50,278 nucleotides of DNA from the NCBI GenBank assembly GCA_012729435.1, contig JAAYDD010000351.1:1-50278 (forward strand). The letters run 5' to 3'. The notes beneath the pieces are model-generated. The model did not search any database, had not been told where the DNA came from, and saw only the letters and a program-made list of their open reading frames with translations. Source of the stretch: Desulfobulbus sp. Lineage in GTDB: Bacteria > Desulfobacterota > Desulfobulbia > Desulfobulbales > Desulfobulbaceae. A program made the translations under genes and the position numbers. Positions 11,354-20,994 of this stretch are shown here, one piece after another. Numbering within the stretch: position 1 is the first letter of the stretch; each line of letters opens with the position of its first letter.

Positions 11354-12550
11354 TCAGGTCAGCCGATCAAAGACAGTGCACAGCTTGCTGATCAGTTCAT
11401 CGATCTCCTCTTTGGTGACAATGAGCGGCGGTACAAACCGGAGCACCCTGTTACCGGCAAAGTTGATCAGAACCCCCTCCTCAAACATCTGCTGCACAAT
11501 GGCCGCGCCTTCTTCAATGCCTCTGTCGGTGAGGACCAGACCGAGAAGCAGACCGGCTCCCCGTACACCGCTCGCCAGATGAGGATACTGTGCAGCCACG
11601 GTTTCAAGCTGCGCGACAAAGTAGCGGCTCTTTTCCTGTACTGCGTCAAGGAATCCATCGCTCAGCAGGATCTTCAGCACCTCCACCCCCGCTGCTGCAG
11701 CCACAGGATTTCCGCCAAAGGTGGAGGCGTGGGACCCGACGGTCAGAGAAGCGGCTATCCTGTCTGTTGTCAGCATCGCACCGATGGGCAACCCGTTCCC
11801 AAGGGCCTTGGCCAGGGTCATGATATCCGGTGTAACGCCGAGCTGCTCGTAGGCAAACAGGCTGCCGGTTCGTCCCAGGCCGGTCTGAACCTCATCAAAG
11901 ATGAGCAGCAGACCATGCCGATCGCAGATGCTGCGGATAGCCTGCAGATATTCGGTATCCAGTGGTCTGACTCCGCTCTCGCCCTGAAGGGGTTCACACA
12001 GGATGGCACAGGTGTGCGGAGAGATCAGCTGCTCGATCGCCTGCGGGCTACCGAATTCGGCGTGGACAAATCCTTGCGGCAGGGGTTCAAACCCCTGATG
12101 AAACTTCGGTTGCCCGGTGGCGGCAACAGTGGCCAGAGTTCGACCGTGGAAGGAACCGGCAAGGGCGATGATCTCATAGCGCTCCGGACTGCTGTGTATA
12201 CGCGCCAGTTTGATGGCCGCCTCGTTGGCCTCCGCACCGCTGTTGCACATAAAGACACGGTCGGCAAAGCTGTTGCTGACGAGAAGCTCTGCCAGTTCAA
12301 TCTGCGGCGGGGTGTGAAAGAGATTAGACACATGAACCAGTGCACCCGCCTGACGACAGATCGCCTCGGTGACCTGAGGGTGGCAATGACCGAGCGAACA
12401 CACTGCAATACCGGCAAGGAAATCGAGATACTTCTTGCCGTCCGCATCCCAGAGACAGCAACCGCTTCCCCTGACCATTGCTGCCGGAAACCGATTGTAG
12501 GTTCCGATAAAGACTGTCTCACTCCGTTGAATCCACGTCGCGTTTTTCAT
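11354..12550 (-). CDS. argD: Acetylornithine aminotransferase
   Basis: [34 protein letters not shown]. Confidence 0.94.
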   Translation of the reverse strand: MKNATWIQRSETVFIGTYNRFPAAMVRGSGCCLWDADGKKYLDFLAGIAVCSLGHCHPQVTEAICRQAGALVHVSNLFHTPPQIELAELLVSNSFADRVFMCNSGAEANEAAIKLARIHSSPERYEIIALAGSFHGRTLATVAATGQPKFHQGFEPLPQGFVHAEFGSPQAIEQLISPHTCAILCEPLQGESGVRPLDTEYLQAIRSICDRHGLLLIFDEVQTGLGRTGSLFAYEQLGVTPDIMTLAKALGNGLPIGAMLTTDRIAASLTVGSHASTFGGNPVAAAAGVEVLKILLSDGFLDAVQEKSRYFVAQLETVAAQYPHLASGVRGAGLLLGLVLTDRGIEEGAAIVQQMFEEGVLINFAGNRVLRFVPPLIVTKEEIDELISKLCTVFDRLT

Positions 12551-13434
12551 GCCACCAACTCCGTGCCGATACCTTTTCTCGTAAAAATTTCCAGAAGAAT
12601 CGCATGCTCCTGCCGGCCGTCAATTATATGTGCCTTGGTCACCCCGCCATCAAGAGCCGACTTGCAGCAGTTGACCTTGGGTATCATCCCCCCCTTGATC
12701 ACACCGGCTGCAATCAGATCATCAATCTGATCACGGTAGATTGTGGAGATCAGTTCACCGCTGCTGTTCTTGACTCCTTCAACATCGGTCAGCAGCATCA
12801 GCTTGACGGCATTCATTTCAGCGGCAATGGCACCTGCCACCAGATCGGCATTGATGTTAAAAGCCTGCCCATCCTCACCGACGCCGACCGGCGCAATAAC
12901 CGGAATAAAATCCTGGCTGTCAAGGGCGGCAAGAATTTCCGGGTTGACCTTTGTGACCTCGCCGACTCGCCCCAAATCGATGAGTTCCGGCGGTTGATCG
13001 CCTGCAGCCGGCTTGCCGTGCAGGGTCATCTTCCGGGCCTGAACCAGGTCACCGTCACGGCCGGACAATCCGACCGCCTTGCCGCCGCAGTGATTGATCA
13101 GACCAACAATCTCCTTGTTCACCTTGCCCACGAGAACCATTTCAACCACATCCATGGTTTCACCGTCTGTCACCCGCATCCCCTGCACATAACTGGGAGT
13201 CACCTGCATCTTCTCCAAAAACAGGTTGATCTGCGGGCCGCCGCCGTGCACAATAATCGGATTGATTCCGATATATTTCATCAGGATAACGTCAAGGGCA
13301 AAATTGCGCTTGAGCGTCTCATCGATCATAGCATGGCCGCCGTACTTGATGACCACTGTTTTCTCTCTGAACTCCCGGATATAGGGCAGAGATTCGACCA
13401 GCACCTTGGCTTTGGCAATTTCGTCACGTATCAT
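12547..13434 (-). CDS. argB: Acetylglutamate kinase
   Basis: [31 protein letters not shown]. Confidence 0.96.
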   Translation of the reverse strand: MIRDEIAKAKVLVESLPYIREFREKTVVIKYGGHAMIDETLKRNFALDVILMKYIGINPIIVHGGGPQINLFLEKMQVTPSYVQGMRVTDGETMDVVEMVLVGKVNKEIVGLINHCGGKAVGLSGRDGDLVQARKMTLHGKPAAGDQPPELIDLGRVGEVTKVNPEILAALDSQDFIPVIAPVGVGEDGQAFNINADLVAGAIAAEMNAVKLMLLTDVEGVKNSSGELISTIYRDQIDDLIAAGVIKGGMIPKVNCCKSALDGGVTKAHIIDGRQEHAILLEIFTRKGIGTELVA

Positions 13435-13574
13435 TGTTCGTCTCTGACAGTCACAGGCCTCCGATCTTCATTATCTGTTCACATACATGAAAGGTTCACT
13501 CTACTCCCGCTTCAACCGCCTGTAAACCTATCTATCCTTTCTCAAGGAAAAAAACAGGCCTCCATGGTCCGGTC

Positions 13575-13603
13575 TTTACATTTTTCCCGGAAGTAAGTAG
13601 TAT
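13575..13603 (+). promoter_or_regulatory. Putative sigma70 promoter for lptA-lptB-rpoN-ptsN
   Basis: TTTACA-17 nt-TAGTAT. Confidence 0.45.
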
Positions 13604-13672
13604 CAGCGCACTTGCAAAAACTAAACCTAAACCGTATCCCTGATTATTTTTGCACATGACTCAAGAACAGTT

Positions 13673-14212
13673 ATGGAAAAACTCCACACTGCGCTCCGCA
13701 TACTTTACTGCTTCGTCATCATGATCTTTTACGGCGGTGCTGTCTCATGTCCTGCCGCTGAGGATGCGCCCGCTCCCATCAGTATCGAAGCGGACCGCAT
13801 GATCTCCCAGGAGAACAAGAACTCGGTTGTCTTTATCGGCAAGGTTGACGCCCGACAGGGTAATCTCATTATTCAGTCCGATGAGATGACCGTTTACTAC
13901 ACTGAAAAAAAAGATGAACAGACAACCGGCACGGACAGTCGATTCACAAATCAGGTGGATCGGCTCATCTGCACCAACAATGTCAAAATCAGTGAGGGCG
14001 ACTGGCTTGGAACCGGTGACCGGATGGACTACTTTGCAAAAGAACGGAAGGCCGTGCTGAGCGGTAACGCCAAAGCCTGGCAGGGACAGAACATGGTCTC
14101 CGGCAAGACGATTGTATACTATCTTGACGAAAAACGTTCCGTGATTGAACCGGGCGCTGAGACCAAAGGCAGGGTCCGGGCCGTTATCCACCCGGAACCG
14201 AAGAAAAAATAA
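13673..14212 (+). CDS. lptA: LPS transport periplasmic protein (OstA domain)
   Basis: Signal peptide; PISIEADRM, F-G-V-A-QG, GRVRAVI; directly upstream of lptB. Confidence 0.88.
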   Translation: MEKLHTALRILYCFVIMIFYGGAVSCPAAEDAPAPISIEADRMISQENKNSVVFIGKVDARQGNLIIQSDEMTVYYTEKKDEQTTGTDSRFTNQVDRLICTNNVKISEGDWLGTGDRMDYFAKERKAVLSGNAKAWQGQNMVSGKTIVYYLDEKRSVIEPGAETKGRVRAVIHPEPKKK

Positions 14213-14943
14213 TGAATAACGTTTCGGTACTCGAAACCCGGGATCTCGTCAAACAGTATCGGGACCGACGGGTGGTTGACCGGGTCAACCTGCAGGTGCA
14301 CAGTTCATCCGTGGTCGGCCTGCTCGGCCCGAACGGGGCGGGCAAAACAACCACCTTCTATTCAATCGTCGGCTTTATCCGGCCGACCAGCGGGGCCATA
14401 CTCCTGGATGATGAGGATATCACGGCCCTGCCGATCCACAAACGCGCCTCGCACGGTATCACCTATCTGGCGCAGGAGCCTTCGGTCTTTAAAAAACTGA
14501 CCGTTGAGGAGAATATCCGTATCGTTCTGGAACCGCTGGGGTTGCCGCGTAATGAGATCAACAGCCGCATCAGCGAGCTGATGGCTGAACTGAAGCTGGA
14601 ATACCTTGCCAACAACCGGGGACACGCCCTTTCAGGCGGGGAACGTCGACGTGTGGAGATCATGCGGGCTCTGGCAACACGGCCCCGGTTTATCCTGCTG
14701 GATGAACCTTTTGCCGGGGTGGATCCCCTGTCAGTGATTGATCTGCAGAAAATCATCCGGGAACTCAAACAAAAGGGGCTCGGTGTTCTGATCTCGGATC
14801 ACAATGTCCGTGAAACGTTGCAGGTCTGTGACTCAGCTTATATCATGAACAACGGTCAGATCCTGACGAGCGGCAGAGCCGATGAAATTATTCAGAGTGC
14901 TGTTGCCAGAAAAATGTATCTTGGTGATCATTTCACCATGTAA
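14212..14943 (+). CDS. lptB: LPS export ABC ATPase
   Basis: GPNGAGKTTTFY, YLAQEPSVF, LSGGERRRVEI, LLDEPFAGVDP, DHNVRETL. Confidence 0.95.
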   Translation: MNNVSVLETRDLVKQYRDRRVVDRVNLQVHSSSVVGLLGPNGAGKTTTFYSIVGFIRPTSGAILLDDEDITALPIHKRASHGITYLAQEPSVFKKLTVEENIRIVLEPLGLPRNEINSRISELMAELKLEYLANNRGHALSGGERRRVEIMRALATRPRFILLDEPFAGVDPLSVIDLQKIIRELKQKGLGVLISDHNVRETLQVCDSAYIMNNGQILTSGRADEIIQSAVARKMYLGDHFTM

Positions 14944-14963
14944 TCACCATCCGGTCTGCTCCC

Positions 14964-16412
14964 ATGGCACTCGAACTCAGACAAAATCTCAAGCTCGCAC
15001 AAAAACTGGTCATGACGCCGCAGCTGCGTCAGGCCATCAAGCTGCTGCAGCTCGGCCGTCTCGAACTGACCGAAGCCCTCCATGCAGAAATCGAGCAAAA
15101 TCCCATGCTGGAAGAGGTTTCGAGTGTACTGGAACAACCTGCCAATCCCGACGCACTCAACGGCGAGGAAAATCCATACCAGGCAGAGGCCGTTTTCACC
15201 GATCGGGTGAAAGGTGACGACCCGGCCACTGTTGCTGAAATCAACTGGAACGACTATGTCAACTCGTTTGACACCGATCTTTCATTTGCCCAGGAGACTC
15301 CGCCGGCCGACGCACCTTCCCAGTTCGACTTCATCTCCACCACCCCGGATCTGACGGCCTATCTCCAGTGGCAGCTGACCCATCTCGACCTCACAGAACA
15401 GGATTCCGACCTGACCACCTTCATTGTTTGCAACCTCAATGAACACGGCTTCCTGGAGGCAACCATCGAGGAGATCTGCGCTTACGGCCACTGCAGCGCT
15501 GAAGAGGCCGAAGGCGCCGTGCGGCTGGTGCAAAGTCTGGATCCTGCAGGTGTGGGTGCCAGGGATATCCGGGAATCTCTTCTCCTCCAGCTGGATCGCC
15601 TTGATTACTATGATACGCTGCCGTACCAGATCGTTGACCGGTACATGCCTCTGCTCGAGGCGCAAAATTACGCAAAACTGGCCCGTGAAACCGGCACGAC
15701 CCAGAAAAAAATTATTGAAGCAGTCGCCGTCATTCAGAAACTGACGCCCTATCCGGGTAACGAGTTCAGCAACAAGCAGATCAACTACGTCATTCCGGAT
15801 GTCTATGTGTATAAGGTTGACGGCGAATTTGTGATTCAACTCAACGACGAAGGTCTGCCGCAACTCCAGATTTCGGATGAGTACTTAAAGCTCCTGAAAC
15901 AGCAAAACGTATTAAGTGCGGAGTCGAAGAACTACCTGCGCGAAAGCAAACGAAACGCTGAATGGTTTATAAAGTCGATCGAACAGCGACAAAAAACCAT
16001 CTATAAGGTCATGGAAAGCCTGCTGAAGTTTCAGCGCGACTTCTTTGAGTCCGGGCCGTCCGCCATGAAGCCGCTGATTCTCCGGGACGTGGCCGAAGAC
16101 ATCGGCATGCACGAGTCCACCATCAGCCGGGTTACCACGAACAAGTACGTCCACTGCCCGCAGGGAATCTACGAGCTGAAATACTTTTTCAGTACAGCGG
16201 TATCAACACCGGACGGCGATACAGTGGCAGCAGAAGCCATCAAGACGAGAATCCGGCAACTGGTCAGCAATGAAAATCCCGCAAAACCGTTAAGCGACAG
16301 CAAGATCTCCGAACTGCTTGCCAGGGAAAACATCACCGTGGCCCGGCGAACTGTGGCGAAATACCGGGATCAGCTTAAAATACTTCCGGTAAAGTACCGG
16401 AGACAGAGATAA
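14964..16412 (+). CDS. rpoN: RNA polymerase sigma-54 factor
   Basis: MTPQLRQAIKLLQ, HESTISR, RpoN box ARRTVAKYR. Confidence 0.98.
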   Translation: MALELRQNLKLAQKLVMTPQLRQAIKLLQLGRLELTEALHAEIEQNPMLEEVSSVLEQPANPDALNGEENPYQAEAVFTDRVKGDDPATVAEINWNDYVNSFDTDLSFAQETPPADAPSQFDFISTTPDLTAYLQWQLTHLDLTEQDSDLTTFIVCNLNEHGFLEATIEEICAYGHCSAEEAEGAVRLVQSLDPAGVGARDIRESLLLQLDRLDYYDTLPYQIVDRYMPLLEAQNYAKLARETGTTQKKIIEAVAVIQKLTPYPGNEFSNKQINYVIPDVYVYKVDGEFVIQLNDEGLPQLQISDEYLKLLKQQNVLSAESKNYLRESKRNAEWFIKSIEQRQKTIYKVMESLLKFQRDFFESGPSAMKPLILRDVAEDIGMHESTISRVTTNKYVHCPQGIYELKYFFSTAVSTPDGDTVAAEAIKTRIRQLVSNENPAKPLSDSKISELLARENITVARRTVAKYRDQLKILPVKYRRQR

Positions 16413-16428
16413 GAGTGCAGGCAGGGCT

Positions 16429-16872
16429 ATGTACAGGTTGCATCGTGATGCAATAATTCTCGATATGAAGGCGAACACGAAGGAGGCGGCACTCCATGAA
16501 CTGGCCGGAGTGGCCGCCACACTGGCGGGTCGTTTTACTGAGGAAACATACTACAACATTCTGCTGGAGCGTGAAAACATCGGCTCAACCGGCGTCGGCA
16601 ACGGTGTTGCCATTCCCCATGGCAAGGTCGAAGGCCTTGATGAAACAGTGCTCTGTTTCGGACGGAGTAAAGCAGGCATCAGTTTTGACGCCGTGGATAA
16701 CCGCCCTGTCCACCTCTTCATCACAGTTCTCTCTCCAACCCACCTGGGCGGCGAGTACCTCCGGACCCTCGCCTCGGTCAGAAAGATGCTCACAAAACCG
16801 GGTAAGCGTCAGCAACTCCTCAACAGCACATCCCACGATGCCATCATCTCGCTGTTCGCAGCCCAAAAATAG
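16429..16872 (+). CDS. ptsN: PTS IIA-like nitrogen regulatory protein (EIIA-Ntr)
   Basis: REN-IGSTGVGNGVAIPHGK phospho-His motif; follows rpoN. Confidence 0.85.
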   Translation: MYRLHRDAIILDMKANTKEAALHELAGVAATLAGRFTEETYYNILLERENIGSTGVGNGVAIPHGKVEGLDETVLCFGRSKAGISFDAVDNRPVHLFITVLSPTHLGGEYLRTLASVRKMLTKPGKRQQLLNSTSHDAIISLFAAQK

Positions 16873-16910
16873 CGATCATCCGGTTGTCTTTTGCCAAAAT
16901 CCGAGGTGAA

Positions 16911-18260
16911 TCAGCTGCTCCGGATCATCTCTGCTATCTGAAAGGCCATTTCCAGAGCCTGTTCTGCATTGAGCCGCGGGTCGCAGGTGGTCAGATACCG
17001 CAGCCCCAGCTGGGCGTCTGAGAGCTGCCGCGCGCCACCGATACACTCTGTGACATCATCACCGGTGAGTTCGAAATGCACACCGCCAGGAATGGTGCCC
17101 TCAACCCAGTTCAACTCAAAAAAGCAGCGGAGTTCCGACAGAATATTGTCAAAATCCCGGGTCTTGTGGCCAGACTCGGCTTTAAAGGTGTTGGCATGCA
17201 TCGGATCACAGGTCCAGAGGACATGGTAGCCGGATTTCTTGACAGCCCTGAGAAGCGGAGGCAGGTACTTGTCGATGGCCTTGTAGCCGAAGCGGGTAAT
17301 GAGGGTAATCCGCCCGGGCTCGTTCTCCGGATTTAACCGTTCAACAACGGCAAGGATGTCGTCGATCTCGTGAGTCGGCCCGACCTTTATGCCGACCGGA
17401 TTGCGCACTCCCCGCAAAAACTCGACATGGGCTCCGTCCAGCTGCCTGGTCCGGTCGCCGATCCAGAGCATGTGCGCAGAACAGTCATACCAGCCGCCGG
17501 CCACCGAGTCTTCCCGCGTCAATGCCTGTTCGTAACCAAGAAACAGCGCCTCATGGGAGGTGAAAAACTGTGCCTCCTTCAACTGGGGGGTATCGGTGGG
17601 AATACCGATGGTCTCCATGAATTTCAGGGCGTTGCTGATCTGCTTGGCCATGCGTTCATAGGATCGTCCCATGGGGGACTGCCTGACAAACTCCTGATTC
17701 CAGGCCTGTACCCGGTGCAGCGAACTGAAACCGCCCCGGGTAAATGCCCGCAGCAGGTTCATGGTGGCAGCTGACAGATGATACCCTTTCAGCAGACGAT
17801 CAGGATCAGGAATACGCGCCTCGAGAACAGGGTCTGCCGAGTTGGCCATGTCACCGCGATAACTCGGAATCTCAAGCCCATTGACATTCTCCGTATCACT
17901 GGAACGCGGCTTGGCGTACTGGCCGGCAATACGGCCGACCTTGACCACGGGTTTGTTCCCTGCATAGGTGAGAATGACCGCCATCTGCAGCAGTACCTTG
18001 AGGGTTTCACGAATGTTCGGTGCCGTACACCGGGAGAACTCCTCGGAACAGTCCCCTCCCTGAAGGAGAAAGGCCTCTCCCTTCACGGCCTTGGCAAGCA
18101 TTGCCTTCAGGTCTCTGATTTCACCGGCAAAGACCAGCGGCGGCAGGAGCGAAAGGGTTTGAATGATCTCATCATATCGCTCTTTGCTCGGCCAGTTCGG
18201 TTGCTGCAGGGCGGGAAAATTGTGCCAGCTTGTCTTGTTCCAATTTTGTATTTTTCCCAT
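16911..18260 (-). CDS. Class II DAHP (3-deoxy-7-phosphoheptulonate) synthase
   Basis: LQGGDCSE, GRIAGQYAKPRS, SYRGD, WIGDRTRQLDGAHV, CDPMHAN, CDPRLN. Confidence 0.95.
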   Translation of the reverse strand: MGKIQNWNKTSWHNFPALQQPNWPSKERYDEIIQTLSLLPPLVFAGEIRDLKAMLAKAVKGEAFLLQGGDCSEEFSRCTAPNIRETLKVLLQMAVILTYAGNKPVVKVGRIAGQYAKPRSSDTENVNGLEIPSYRGDMANSADPVLEARIPDPDRLLKGYHLSAATMNLLRAFTRGGFSSLHRVQAWNQEFVRQSPMGRSYERMAKQISNALKFMETIGIPTDTPQLKEAQFFTSHEALFLGYEQALTREDSVAGGWYDCSAHMLWIGDRTRQLDGAHVEFLRGVRNPVGIKVGPTHEIDDILAVVERLNPENEPGRITLITRFGYKAIDKYLPPLLRAVKKSGYHVLWTCDPMHANTFKAESGHKTRDFDNILSELRCFFELNWVEGTIPGGVHFELTGDDVTECIGGARQLSDAQLGLRYLTTCDPRLNAEQALEMAFQIAEMIRSS

Positions 18261-18334
18261 GATCTTCTTTACTCTGCTGAGGTTGTCGGGATTGGTTCAA
18301 CCAAGTGATTCCTTCTTAATATCGGGGATACGGG

Positions 18335-18901
18335 TTATACCGATGTTGAGCAGCTGCTTTCCAGGCAGCAGACATTCTGATCAAAGACGTTGAGAATACG
18401 CAGGGCCTGTTCGCGCCGTTTCGGATCGTTGAACGGTTCAAACGCATACCGGTTGAGCAACTGCTCTGCCTCTTTCCGGCTTGGAATGCAGCCAAGACCT
18501 GTTGCGACAACCGTGCCGTGTTCTGTTTCCAGCAGTTCAGCATCCCGTCCGTTGGTAATCACCGCCAGGGGTATCCGGTAATCCGGCTCAAGGATTCTGG
18601 CCGCGGCAACAGCCGCTGTTTCCCGCGTGACCAGCGAACCCGGTCCGTACCGGAGGATAAACAGCCGCCTGCCATGGATCCGGGCGACCAGTTCGATTCG
18701 TGTCTCTACGCGGTTGTTGTTAAAACAGGAGTGAATAACCAGCCGCGGTTCAAGCTCGTGCCGGCTGTAGCCCAGATCCTCCACAAGCAGCCGGGCCAAG
18801 TGCTGACGGACACGTTCGTCATCCGTATCCGGCAACACCTCACCGGTCAGATAATCGATCAGATCGCCATAGACGATATGATGCCCTGAAGTATCAATCA
18901 T
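18335..18901 (-). CDS. Stand-alone HsdR N-terminal-like (restriction endonuclease-like fold) protein
   Basis: DYLTG...DDERVRQ...LGYS, PLAVITNG pattern typical of HSDR_N-like proteins; no helicase domain. Confidence 0.65.
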   Translation of the reverse strand: MIDTSGHHIVYGDLIDYLTGEVLPDTDDERVRQHLARLLVEDLGYSRHELEPRLVIHSCFNNNRVETRIELVARIHGRRLFILRYGPGSLVTRETAAVAAARILEPDYRIPLAVITNGRDAELLETEHGTVVATGLGCIPSRKEAEQLLNRYAFEPFNDPKRREQALRILNVFDQNVCCLESSCSTSV

Positions 18902-19209
18902 ACAAAAGCAGCAGACAACCGGCTGATGAACTTCGGAGAAAGACAGGACAACATGGTTGATCGCCGGGGTAGCAGTACCCTCTCAGCAAACAGCACAGAG
19001 CAGTCAACAGCAACACCGAAAAGTACAAATAATCGTGAATTCTCTCTTTTGTCAATCCTGATCTGACTGGAACAGCGAACAAACCTGTACTGCCAGCCAC
19101 TCTCTTTGCCCACAGCTCACGGTTCGGCTCGCCTTTGCCGGAAATTTCATGTATGAATATACGTTTATCATCATTATTCACACCACTTTCATACCATATC
19201 AACTCCACC

Positions 19210-20151
19210 ATGGACCAGATTGACAATCTCACCCCTGCGACCGGACAGCGCTGGCTGCAGGTTTCACTGTTCTGCCCCCTGAATCTCCTTGAACCGGCCA
19301 CCGACCTGCTGGGCATCCTGAGCGGATCCGGAGTGGAACAGAGCCCGGAAACCGAGACCGGTGCAACGATCAGCGGTTTTTTCCAGCTCACAGCTACTGA
19401 CAGCGGCCAGGAACTCGAAGAGGCGGTGAAGAGCATCCGCAACCTGGTTGAGGAGGAGATGACAGCGCTCTTCTCTTTATACGACCGCATTCCCAATCAG
19501 ATACATCTCACTGTTCTGGCTGACCAGGATTGGGCCACGAGCTGGCAGCAGTACTTCAAACCCTTTCCTGTTATCCCTGGCCTGGTGATCAAGCCCTCCT
19601 GGGAAGAGTATGAGCCCCGACCCGGTGAAGCTGTCATTGAGATGGATCCGGGAATGGCCTTTGGCACCGGACAACATGCCTCAACGCGCATGGCCCTTGA
19701 TCTGCTGAAAAACAGCATGGAGACCCTTCATCCGCACTCTGTGCTTGATGTCGGAACCGGCACCGGTATCCTGGCCATGGCCACCGCCCTCTTCGGCGCA
19801 CAAGAGGTTGTGGCCATTGACAACGATCTGGAGGCTGTCACGGTTGCCAGAAAGAACATTGCCCACAACCGGTTATCCGCGTCCATTACCGTGAGCAGCA
19901 CCCCGCTCAGCCGGGTACTGCACTCCTTCCAACTGACCTGTGCCAACATTGTCCATGACGTGCTGGTGGCCATGGCCGAAGACCTGACCCGGGTTACAGA
20001 ACCCGGTGGTCACCTTGTTCTGGCGGGCCTGCTCCGCGGCCGGCAGGAAGACAGTCTCACAGCCGTATACCGTGATCTTGGCTGGCAGCCGCTGGCCTGC
20101 CGATACCAGGATGAGTGGGCGGCCCTGCAGCTTGTCCGCCGGCTGAAGTGA
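19210..20151 (+). CDS. prmA: Ribosomal protein L11 methyltransferase
   Basis: DWATSWQQYF, DPGMAFGTGQHASTR, VLDVGTGTGILA; start set at ATG 19210 (uncertain). Confidence 0.93.
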   Translation: MDQIDNLTPATGQRWLQVSLFCPLNLLEPATDLLGILSGSGVEQSPETETGATISGFFQLTATDSGQELEEAVKSIRNLVEEEMTALFSLYDRIPNQIHLTVLADQDWATSWQQYFKPFPVIPGLVIKPSWEEYEPRPGEAVIEMDPGMAFGTGQHASTRMALDLLKNSMETLHPHSVLDVGTGTGILAMATALFGAQEVVAIDNDLEAVTVARKNIAHNRLSASITVSSTPLSRVLHSFQLTCANIVHDVLVAMAEDLTRVTEPGGHLVLAGLLRGRQEDSLTAVYRDLGWQPLACRYQDEWAALQLVRRLK

Positions 20152-20345
20152 CAGACACTTGCATCCCGGCAGACTGTTGATCCTTGCCTGACACAGATCC
20201 CGACCACCCGTATCCTGTCTTCTGACGAGCCCGACTGTGAGCAACACCAGCGGTTTTTTTTAACGTGCAGACCCACGTTCCAACGTACCGGGAATAGCTC
20301 CTGACGGGAGTTTTCTCCTGTCGTTGGCCGGCCCGCAACTTTTAC

Positions 20346-20374
20346 TTGACGCCCCTTGTTCTCTATGCTAAAAG
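20346..20374 (+). promoter_or_regulatory. Putative sigma70 promoter of tRNA-Asn
   Basis: TTGACG-17 nt-TAAAAG with extended -10 TG. Confidence 0.5.
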
Positions 20375-20426
20375 GTCTTTCTGGAACGGATAAGGAGACC
20401 GATTTTTCCGTTCCGGGTCACACCAT

Positions 20427-20502
<76 letters not shown>

Positions 20503-20540
20503 GAAATAACCCGCTGCACATAAGCGGTTCATCTTAAATA

Positions 20541-20579
20541 CAAGACCCCGCGGGTAATCCCCTCGGGGTTTTGTTGTTT
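20541..20579 (+). terminator. Intrinsic terminator after tRNA-Asn
   Basis: CAAGACCCCGCGGG...CCCTCGGGGTTTTG hairpin followed by T-rich tract. Confidence 0.7.
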
Positions 20580-20994
20580 CCGGCGTATCCATGCCGACTG
20601 ACGGCCGCACATTTACCCTGATTCTCCGCTTTAAAGCCTCTGCCACAGGAATCCAGAACAAAAAAACCTAAAGGATATTACCTGGAACCGGGTATGCTTT
20701 CCGGCCAGAAAGCGTTTGAGTAAGAACAGACCATACTACCCTCCTGAAGCAAATAGGCTTTCAATGGGTTCAAAGCCCCTCCATTTATGGTACCATCTAC
20801 AACTCCATCCAATATAAATGTGGAACAAGATGATGGTACCGTCAGCTCTTGGGAAAGCAAAACTGTTGAAAGTTGCATGATCTTGTGGTCGATGTTACCT
20901 GATAACTAACGTCATTCAGGCACCATCTTCCCCGCCACAAGTTAAACAATAACCCCATCATGCTGTGCAAACAGGTAACAGAAGGAGAAACGCT

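Noticed and set aside
11216-12730. 504-aa plus-strand ORF, and similar long antisense ORFs such as 24464-25717, 12604-13596, 6026-6946 and 21076-21960
   Set aside because: Antisense shadows of well-supported genes with no recognisable motifs.
20678-20878. 66-aa minus-strand ORF upstream of cmr1 as a regulator or anti-CRISPR
   Set aside because: No RBS or motif support; cannot be distinguished from a chance ORF.
20904-20947. Integron attC-like site (ACTAAC...GTTAAAC)
   Set aside because: Too short, and lacks complementary L boxes.
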